14,349 nt of DNA from Geosiphon pyriformis uo1 (taxonomy: Eukaryota > Fungi > Glomeromycota), in assembly GCA_016748015.1 (NCBI GenBank), contig JAAOMT010000496.1:119426-133774 (forward strand). Reading direction: 5' to 3'. This document shows positions 1-8,765 of this stretch, one piece after another (positions within the stretch are counted from its first letter, which is position 1; each line of letters opens with the position of its first letter). Below the pieces are notes generated by a model, which saw nothing but the letters and a program-made list of their open reading frames with translations, made no database searches and was not told the DNA's origin. The position numbers and the translations under genes are program-made.

Positions 1-229
1 AAACTCCAAGAATATTTTGCACATCTAAATGTCCATTTTACGCAGCTTTAGTATACCATTCAACTGCTTTTGCATTATTTCTTTCAGTGCCAGTATTCTT
101 AATATAACATTTTCCAAGGAAAAATTGTCCCAAGGGGTTTTTTTGAGAAGCGCTTTTCTGATATTTTTAAAATGCCTGCTCCAAGTTGATATCAATCTCA
201 ATTCCAAATTGGTAAAAAAAACCAAGCAG
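1..229 (-). other. Sel1-like (SLR) repeat-coding segment of the kinase pseudogene
   Basis: A minus-strand frame not shown in the ORF track (because of two TAA stops) reads LG..Y..G...D/N...A..WY.KAA..G, the Sel1 repeat pattern. About two repeats plus the start of a third are visible. Confidence 0.85.
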
Positions 230-1682
230 ATTCGAAAAGATCTGTCGAACTTTGCCCAGTATTTGTAAGGTGTTTTTCTACCCGAGGAATTATTTTTGAG
301 ATATCTTCATATGTATAGATGTTTAAGACTTCGTTGATTATAGTGAAAATATCTTGTAAAAGAGCCATGATGCTTGTATTAGCCAAACCCATAAAGCTTA
401 CTAAGGTGGTTTCACTTGTTAACTGCGGTGTTAGTTCAACGTAGCCCGTTTGAGAACTCAAAGCATGTTCTGAATTCCCTTGAGTTTTTCGTTCATTTCG
501 TTGATGCTAGGCCGTTTATCGAGTAATTCATTCCAACACCTTTTATACAATGCAATATATTCAGTTAGTGTCTTTTCGATAGGAGTTTCTCGTATACCAT
601 TAGCAATTTGGACTAATAATATTTGGAAGTTTTTACATATAAGTAGAACTTTTAAAGAAATGTGCTAAATTAAAATTTACTTACACTTAAGTGCCCACTT
701 TTTAGTATTTTTGAATGGTGAGCGACCACTTGTTAATTCCCATAGGAGGGCGCCCAGAGCATAAATGTCTGATTTCTTATTTCGAATGAATTGTTCATCT
801 TTAAAACATTGAGGGTCTATGTAAGCAGGTTGGCCTTTAACCTCATTGGCTAAGCCTAGCATTTCACTTTGATTTTTCGGAAGACCAATATCGGATATTT
901 TTACCGTTTTGTTATGGACTAAAATATTTGATGAATTCTAAAAATAAACAATTTAATGGTGGAGTCTAATCTTTAAATAGCTTTTGAAATCTCAAAGTGT
1001 AAAACCTACAAGATTTCGGTGAATCATTTGGTTTTCATGAAGACATTGAATTCCCCTTGCTAATTCCTGTGCCATCAGAAGCTTTTCTTTTCCATTCATA
1101 TTTTGAAACTCTAATGATAGGTAATCACGCAAAGAACCTCCATTAACGTATTCAAAAACTAAAATATGTTTTGTATTATTATCTAAAGCATTTTCATAAA
1201 GTAAGATTAAGATTTGTAAAATAAATTTTATCATAGAGCCTTGAGAATAAATACTTTCTATAGTTTTGTTAAGACCATAAAATCTTTGAATTTAGGGAAA
1301 AAAATCAATATCTTGCAGGAATTTCAGCTAAAAGTTTTTAGGAATTTTTTAGCGTAAATAATATAGCAATTCTTACTTTACTAATCATGTAAAAAATTTT
1401 CATTCAGACCTCTTTTATGAATTCTTCTATTTCTGTTTTATCATCTTCTGGGACTCGTTTAAGTTTTTTTAATGCGAATATTATATCCATACCACCTATA
1501 GTATAATTTGCCTTCTCTAACGTGCTGAAAGCTTCATCACCAAGCTGTTTTTTGTTATGAAATTTATTGAATTCAAAATATTTGATTTGTTTTTTACGAA
1601 TAGAGGTTTCAAACCATTCGACGACTGATACTGGTAACGTTGGTGTTTTTAGCAAAGGTAACTTGGCAGCTGAAGACATCAT
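1..1682 (-). pseudogene. Tyrosine-kinase-like (TKL) protein kinase with C-terminal Sel1-like repeats; 5 exons, disrupted, runs off the left window edge
   Basis: Manual splicing gives exons 1682-1410, 1327-1255, 1182-1010, 937-685 and 612-<1. The GT..AG introns are 1409-1328, 1254-1183, 1009-938 and 684-613, with matching phases (0,1,0,1). Joined kinase motifs: ALKK (beta3 Lys), EFIKE, IQRFYGL, LVFEYVNGGSL, IHRNLNSSNILV, KISDIG, PAYIDPQ, KSDIYALG, CWN..DKRPS. Sel1-like repeats lie at about 229-1: LLGFFYQFGIEIDINLEQAF*KYQKSASQKNPLGQFFLGKCYIKNTGTERNNAKAVEWYTKAA*NGHLDVQNILG. Lesions: in-frame TAA at 1294-1292, 169-167 and 40-38; frame changes near 460 and 230. Confidence 0.88.
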
Positions 1683-2299
1683 TTTATGATGAAATAGTTG
1701 CGGGATTTTTAAATCGAATGTATAGTATTTAACTAGAACAGCAAAAATTTTCGCCGTTATGGTGCGGTTATACAGATAGCGTTATAATAGATTCTCATTT
1801 AAGTGGCTAGGTTTCATTATAGATAGACTAGTTAAAATTTAAAAAGGTTATAGTTGCAGCTGATTTAGATTTTAATAAAATGTACATTGAAATAAAACAA
1901 CTATGCTTTAATTATTTTAAATATGAAATTATTAATTAACAAAATACTTTATCTTAATATAGTTGATAGAAATTTTTGTTAACCATGAATGTAAAACTTT
2001 ATTATAAAAAACCAATAAAATTTATACTAGATAATTTAGTATATATTTAAATTCTTGAATATTTTAAAAAATTTATAAAGTAAATAGACAGAAGCTAATA
2101 AAGTAGATGCCAACTTATTTTTTCTTTTGCAACTTTTTTTAATATTTTAACATTTTTTTACCAAAGGAATTTTATGTATTATTAATTAAATTAGATTATA
2201 ACTACATTTATGTTTACAATTGTTAAAATTTTTATTGATAAATTTTTAAAGTATTTATTTGTTATTGATATTATCAGTAGAATTTTAGCCATTAATTAA

Positions 2300-3220
2300 C
2301 ATGAAATTACTTTTATAATTTCTATTAGTAATTAAAATATATTAGTATTATTTTAATTATTACTTATTATTTAATCAAATTATTAAATATTAATATCTAA
2401 TTAATAATCTGATTTGTATAATACACAATTGTAATAATCAAATCATACAATACACCAAATTCTGTAATATTTAAAAGTTTGTTGAAATTTATAGAATTTT
2501 GTAAAATAATTTAATAGTTTACTAAAATAATTTATAATTTATAATAACAACTTGTAGTTTACCAAATGTATTTTTAATTTATTAAAATAATAGCAAAGAA
2601 AAAACTGCAAGTTCAAAGACTAGTCTATAACAAATTATATAAAAAAAAAGTTTCTTTTTTCGATAAAATGTATTTTATTTTATTCAAAATCATCTTATTT
2701 TAGAAATATCTTTACTTTTATCAATCAATAAAACAATACTTTAAAAAAAAACAAATTTATATTTTATTTGCATTTAAGATTTTCCAAAATTTAACTAATA
2801 TTTTGAAATTGATTAGCTACTAATTTTAGTAATCCATTAGTAACTTTAAGCTTGAACAGAAAACAATTCTCTTAAACAAATTCCTTTTCTTTTATATTTC
2901 TTTTATTTTTATTTTTTTATTATTAAAAACATTAAGATAGCTTATAAATAAAATTCTTGTAAAAAAGTTGATTTTACAACAAAATAACTACATATTTTTA
3001 ATAAGCTTTTAGATGAACAATTCTTGGAAAAAAACTAACTTTTACTGCATTATAACTATATAAATAACTAGTATAGAATTAGTCATTTTACTTATAAGTC
3101 CAGTAGTTTAAATTATAGAAAATAATTTAAAGATAAATTAAGTTATTAGAGGTTTAATTACTTTTAATAAGTAGGAATTAATAACAAATAACAACAACAA
3201 CATTTAAAAAAAAAGACCAA
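2300..3220 (+). repeat. AT-rich dispersed repeat family, copy A (ends approximate)
   Basis: Aligns by eye to 6250-6823: aattgtaataatcaaatcatacaatacacca vs aattgtaatgattaaattatataatacacta, and ttaatagtttactaaaata in both. It also aligns to the reverse complement of 3640-4055. Confidence 0.75.
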
Positions 3221-3639
3221 AATTTTTTAATAATATTGGTTTCTAATTCAAATTTTAGTTTAAGAATAAATTATAAATTAGTAGAATATTTTTTTTTACA
3301 AAATTAAATAATATTGTAATTAAGTTTTAAAAATATATAATATAAACATCTGCATTAAAAGTTTCTAATTTTTTATTAGAATAATAAATTAATTTTTAAG
3401 AAAATTTTATTTAACTTTTGTAATATTTTAATTATTAAAAAAATAATTGTTGATTCAGTTTTTAATGTATTAATAAAGTATTTTCTTAACAATTACAATT
3501 TTGTTTTGTATTTCAAATAATTATTTGCAATAAATATAAATTAACCAATAATATTTTAGAGTTGCTATATTAAATAAGTTATTATTTTAATGTAATTTTT
3601 GCTATATTATTTCTAAAAAAATGCTAAGTATTGTCAGAG

Positions 3640-4055
3640 ATTTTCTATTTTTTTTTATGTTATTAATATTATTTTGCTGTTAATTTTGCTATTGATGAAA
3701 ACTAATAAATCTCTAATAAGCTAATTTATTTTCCAAAATATTTTTTTATATATTAAATCATGTTTGTTATTAAATTTATAATAAAATAACCAATTTTATA
3801 CTAATTATTTTATGTAATTACTTTGTAATAAAATTTAACTTTTTTACAAGAATTACTTATCTGTAAGCTTCCCAAATAATGTATAGTTATTTTTCAGTAA
3901 AAGCCAACTTTTTTACAGAAAATTTTAACTGTAGACTATCTAATAATATAAAAAAATAAAAAATAGTTTTAAGAAAATTATCTTAAATTCAAACTTAAAA
4001 GAACTAACAGTTACTAAAATTGGTAGTTAATTAATTTCAAAATATTAGTTTAAAA
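3640..4055 (-). repeat. AT-rich dispersed repeat family, copy B, inverted relative to copy A (ends approximate)
   Basis: The reverse complement reads aactaatattttgaaattaattaactaccaattttagtaa..., matching 2793 aactaatattttgaaattgattagctactaattttagtaa. It also reads cttgtaaaaaagttaaattttattacaaagtaattacata, matching 2956 cttgtaaaaaagttgattttacaacaaaataactacata. Similarity continues to about 3220/3640. Confidence 0.8.
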
Positions 4056-4259
4056 TGAGTAATATTGGTTTAAATAATTTGTTAAAATAATATATTATTT
4101 AATAATATTTTAGAAATATTATATTATATTAATAAAATATTGTTAATAAATATTTTTACAAATTTTATATATATTAATTAAATTATATTTATAATGTATT
4201 TTATTTGAAAAATATTATATAGTAGTAATAAAATATTATTAATAAAAAACTAAATAATA

Positions 4260-4296
4260 ATATATTATAAATATATTATAAATATATTATAAATAT
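4260..4296. repeat. Short tandem repeat, 11-bp unit ATATATTATAA, about 3 copies
   Basis: Directly visible: atatattataa atatattataa atatattataa atat. Confidence 0.7.
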
Positions 4297-4681
4297 TTTT
4301 ATATTTTTTTATATATATTTTATTTATAAATATTTTTATATATATAATATATTAATTAAGTTATATTTATAATGTATTTTATTTGGAAATTTTTTGAAAT
4401 ATTTATAAAATTTAAATATATATTTATTATAAATATTAATATTTTAATTTTCAAATATGACTTTAAAAAATTATTTTTATGCAAAAAATTGAGAAAAAAA
4501 GTTAATATTCGAAAATAATGAAAACATAATAAATAAATGCTTTTTGGACAATTTTTATAGAATATTACTGGATTATATACAACAAATTTACCATATTTAA
4601 TAAAAACAAAATACAATATTAGTATTAAAAATTTAACTTCAATAATTAATGAAACTTTAATTAAAAATTAATTGAAAATAA

Positions 4682-4717
4682 TACAGAAATATCAAATAGT
4701 ACAGAAATATCAAATAA
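4682..4717. repeat. 18-bp tandem duplication TACAGAAATATCAAATAR
   Basis: tacagaaatatcaaatag followed by tacagaaatatcaaataa. Confidence 0.85.
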
Positions 4718-5484
4718 TATTATTAAATATAATATTGAATCTAATATAATAAAAACAGATAATAAAATTTTAAATTATATAATATTATTTTTAAAATAAA
4801 TATTAATTTGTAAAAAAATAAATTTAGACCCAAATCAAAAAATTTTACTATAAATTTTATTGAAAATAAAATATACAAGACAATAATAACTATTGTTTAC
4901 TAAAAAACTAAATATATTTGTCAATAATATATTATTTAATTTAATAAAATTTGATGAATAATTTGAAATTATTAAAAATTTATTAATCTTTTCAAATAAT
5001 AATAATGATAATAAGTTTATAAATAATTAACAATTTCTATTTCTAATATTCCATTACAATTATTAGAACTAATTGAATATTTTAAACAACCAATATTATT
5101 TATTGTATCTATTTATTTATAATAAGCAATTTTATTTATTTATTTATTTTAATTAGCATATTATCTTTTATTAACAAGTATTGTAATTTTAATTAAATTT
5201 ATTTGAACTTTTTTATTATTTTCAAGACAAGCAACAATACCAAAAAGTTTATATTTAAATTTTTAAATTTTTAAAATAATTGACAATATTAAAATATATA
5301 TTATTTGTTTATTATATTATCAATTATATGATTTAAATCAATATACCAATAAAAATTAACAATATTAATATATCAAAAACAATTGTGAACATAATTTCAA
5401 GAAAAAAATTTAAATATCTAAAAAAAATATCTTTATAAAGTATATAATATTATGTTTTATTTATTTATTGTAATTATTTATTAT

Positions 5485-5515
<31 letters not shown>

Positions 5516-6249
5516 TATAATTAAATTTTTAATTAAAATTTATTATAATCAATTAAAAATTTTCCATATTTTTTAATTATTCAACAAATTAGAAAAATTT
5601 TTTAACCAACCTAATATTGAAAAAATAATAAATTATTAAACAATATATTAAAATATTTTATATAATAGTTAAATTTAAAAAACATTTAAAAATCAAAATA
5701 ATAACCAATTTTTTAATATTAATATTATTAAAAAATGACTTAAATATAATTTGGTTTGAATTTATTAGACATATAATTTATTTAATTAAAGCAATTTATC
5801 TTATAATTCTTGATTTTCCAAGATATTTATACTTTAAAAAAAAATACTTTATTAACTAATATTATTTTTGGTCTATAAAAATTATCAGTTAAAAAAATTC
5901 AAAAATATTTAATTTCAATAGTTAATAAATTATTGTAATAATAAGTAAAACAAATATTTATAATTTTTTAATATTCAATTAGAAAAAAATTTTAAGTGGT
6001 TTTAATTTTAATATTTTGTAATATACTAATAATTCAAAAGATAAGTATTTGTTTAATATAATTAATTTAAATTAATTTATTAATTATTTTATGATTAAAT
6101 TTGTGATTTTTTAGGACATTCATTATATTATATCTGTTATAAATATAAAAAAACATTTAATTTATTTAGTAATAATAAAAATATAAGAATTAATTATTCT
6201 GGCTTTGAAAAATATTTATTAAAAATCTTAATATTCAATAACATTCTGT

Positions 6250-6823
6250 ACAAAATTATTTTTATAATTTTTATTAATATATATTATTATTTAATTTATT
6301 ATTTATTATTTTATCAAGTTATTTAATTTATTATTTAATTTATAATTTAATTTATACAAAATACAAATATAATTAAATTGTAATGATTAAATTATATAAT
6401 ACACTAAACTATATAATATTAAAAATTTATCAAAATATTTAAAAATTTAATAAGATACTTAATAGTTTACTAAAATATTAGAAAAAAATAATAATATAAA
6501 ATAGTATTATAATAAATTATATAAAAAAAAAGCTTTTTTTTAAAAAAAAATGTATTTTTATTTAAAATAATCAAGCAATTAGTAAAAATTATTTTAAAAA
6601 ATTTAAAAATTTTAATTATTATTTTTTTTATATTATTAAATAGTCTATAGTTAAGATTTTTTATAAAAAATTAACTTTTATAATAAAGTAATTACATATT
6701 ATTTATGAAGTTTATAGATAAAATATTTTGTAAAAGAATTAATTTTTTTTTCAAAGTAATTAATATAAAATTGTTCATTTTAATATAAATTTAATAACAT
6801 ATATAATTTAAAATATAAAAAAA
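6250..6823 (+). repeat. AT-rich dispersed repeat family, copy C, left part (interrupted by the LINE)
   Basis: 6621-6750 (tatattattaaatagtctatagttaagatttt...) is colinear with the reverse complement of copy B (tatattattagatagtctacagttaaaatttt...). The colinearity runs right up to the LINE 5' end. Confidence 0.75.
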
Positions 6824-6964
6824 AAAAACTTCTTTCTCTTTTTCGTCCCAAATTTCTAAAAAAAAGTTAAAAGTTTTTTGAAAGAAGTTTTTACAATTCA
6901 GTATAATAAATTAAAACCATTTCTGCTCGACTATGAGATCGTTGTTGGTCTCAGTGTGGTTGCA

Positions 6965-8765
6965 ATGAAGAAGTCTGTCAAAGACTTTAGTGAGGATACT
7001 GTTAGCAAAGATGTTGTCTCTAGAAAAAAAAGAAAAGGGGGTGTTCTAAAAGATGGTATTGTTTATAGAGTGGTTTTGCCTGATCAACCAGTTGGTGGTT
7101 CTTGGGGGTCTGAAGCTAGTAATATCACTGAATTGGACAGTGTAGATATGGAGGGAGAGTTCTTGATTGAGGAAACTAGTGTGGATTATGGAGAAAGAGA
7201 TGTTCTTGAAAGAATGGAGAGTAACCAAATGCCAAAGGATCCAAGATTGGTTACCAAGCAGGCTTTGAGCAAGCCTTTAGGCAAAATCAACTTTCTGGGC
7301 AATGATAAAGATGATGACATTCTCTTGGATGAACCTGTGGTGCTTTTTCCCTTCTCTCAAAAAATTAGTTGATGTGTTTGCTAGGAAGTCTTTTACTTTG
7401 GATATTAATCTGATTAATATTTCTGGAAAATCTGTTCAGGATAAGCTGGCTGTGGTTAGGAAATTATTTTCAAAAATCAATAGTTTTGGGGGGGCCTCTA
7501 CCCTCTCAAAATTTTCTGAGATCATCCAGGTGTTGTTCACTTCCAAATCTAGTTTAATAAAAGCTACCAAATTGGCTGCTAATGTGAAAATTCTGGTGAA
7601 CACCAATTTCAAAAAATCAACTGGTTGCTCAGATTGGGCTGTAGTGCTAAAGAAAATTCCGGTGGGAACATCAGCTGAGGCTGTGCATGCTGCGCTATCT
7701 GAATTTGGTACAATTAAGTCGATCAAGATGCAGTTAGTAGAGCTGTGGCAGAAAGCAATTGTGGAATTTGAGAAGTGGAATCAAGCAGATCTTTTGGCAG
7801 CTAGGTGGTCTATCCTAATTGGGAAAAATGTTGTGCATGTTGTCAGATCAGATTTGGACAAATTGACATAGAATATAAGAGATCATTATAGGGTGCTGTT
7901 CTATATTTTTTCAATGAGAACAAATGCTCATGATGTCTGGGACTTCATCAGTTCTGTGGGTGGGAAAACTTGTGTGATTAATTGCCATCCAGTTACATAC
8001 ACACAAGCCAGATGTGCTGTTGTTTGTTTTGAGTCAGCTGAATCATTAGATGCCGTCATGGGAACCACACCTGTGTTAAAAGGTGTTCATCTTTGTTGGT
8101 TCTATCTTGGCTCTGCTATGTGTACAAAGTATGAGAAACTGAGTCATACATCTCTAAGCTGTGTTTCAGGTGAGAAATCTTCCTCTAGTGGCTTGCCACG
8201 TCAAGTTTTGTCAAATGCAGATAAAGACAGATTGGTGGCCATTTATACCAAGCATTTAGCACCTGTTGCTCGTCCTGTTTCCTTTGGTGGTATCTCATGA
8301 ACCAAGATTGTTGGTGGGTTTTTTTTCTCTCTTTTCTCTGTTCAGAATAGTTTGGTGAATGCTGGCTCTTCTTCGGAGATGAAGCCTACTTTTCCTGTTA
8401 TGAGTGATTTGAAAATAAGATTTGCAGTTCTGGAAAGCAGTATTGCCAGCCTCATATGACAAATTGGTGAGTTGGCTTAGAAGTTGGACTTATTTGTGTT
8501 GGCAGTTTTCCAGCCTAGTCCTAGATATCAGCTGTCAGTGACCCCTCTATCACAGAATCAAGTGGGTGATGTAGTGATGGAAGAAGGCTCAGGTGGGGCC
8601 ACTAGTGGTAATACTGCTGCGATTTTGGTTTCTTCTGCTTTTTCTGAGGTAAAAAGGTTGAAAAATATGTTAGAAAAACTTTCCACTTCAGTTCTAAGTC
8701 TAACAGCAAGGTTTGATGGTTCAATTTTGGCTAATGGTGCACTTCTCAAACCCCTTTCTCAATAA
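6965..8765 (+). pseudogene. LINE ORF1 (gag-like nucleic-acid-binding protein, about 600 codons), disrupted
   Basis: The first in-frame ATG is at 6965. There is a +1 frameshift at about 7348 and stops at 7869, 8298, 8457 and 8478. RRM-like segments: VVLKKIPVGTSAEAVHAALSEFGTIKSIKM..AIVEFE and AHDVWDFISSVGG..ARCAVVCFES. A degenerate CX2CX4HX4C knuckle reads CTKYEKLSHTSLSC (about 8121-8162). C-terminal heptad-like segments: RFAVLESSIASL and VKRLKNMLEKL. Confidence 0.8.

Larger units (their letters stand above)
1850..6828. other. Extremely AT-rich, G/C- and CpG-depleted tract made largely of decayed repeats
   Basis: Composition shifts upstream of the kinase start and again at 6829. There is almost no CG. 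The only ORF in the track is a low-complexity I/N/K/F/Y artefact. Confidence 0.9.

Noticed and set aside
25-668. ORFs 25-225(-), 29-268(+) and 480-668(+)
   Set aside because: These are off-frame or antisense shadows of the kinase/Sel1 coding sequence.
38-1294. Stop-codon reassignment (TAA read as Glu/Gln) as an explanation of the kinase stops
   Set aside because: The gene also has frameshifts and an apparent deletion, and TAA ends the Tc1 transposase at its expected position. Pseudogenisation is the simpler explanation.
4356-4616. 86-aa minus-strand ORF
   Set aside because: Low-complexity I/F/N/K/Y translation of AT-rich DNA with no motif; a chance ORF.
2300-6823. CRISPR array, or LTR pair formed by copies A and C
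   Set aside because: There is no regular repeat-spacer periodicity. No TG..CA ends, PBS/PPT or gag-pol remnant is recognisable, and a third inverted copy lies between them.
1850-6828. Organellar insertion or centromere call for the AT-rich tract
   Set aside because: No tRNA, rRNA or mitochondrial gene remnants were seen, and centromere function cannot be judged from sequence alone.
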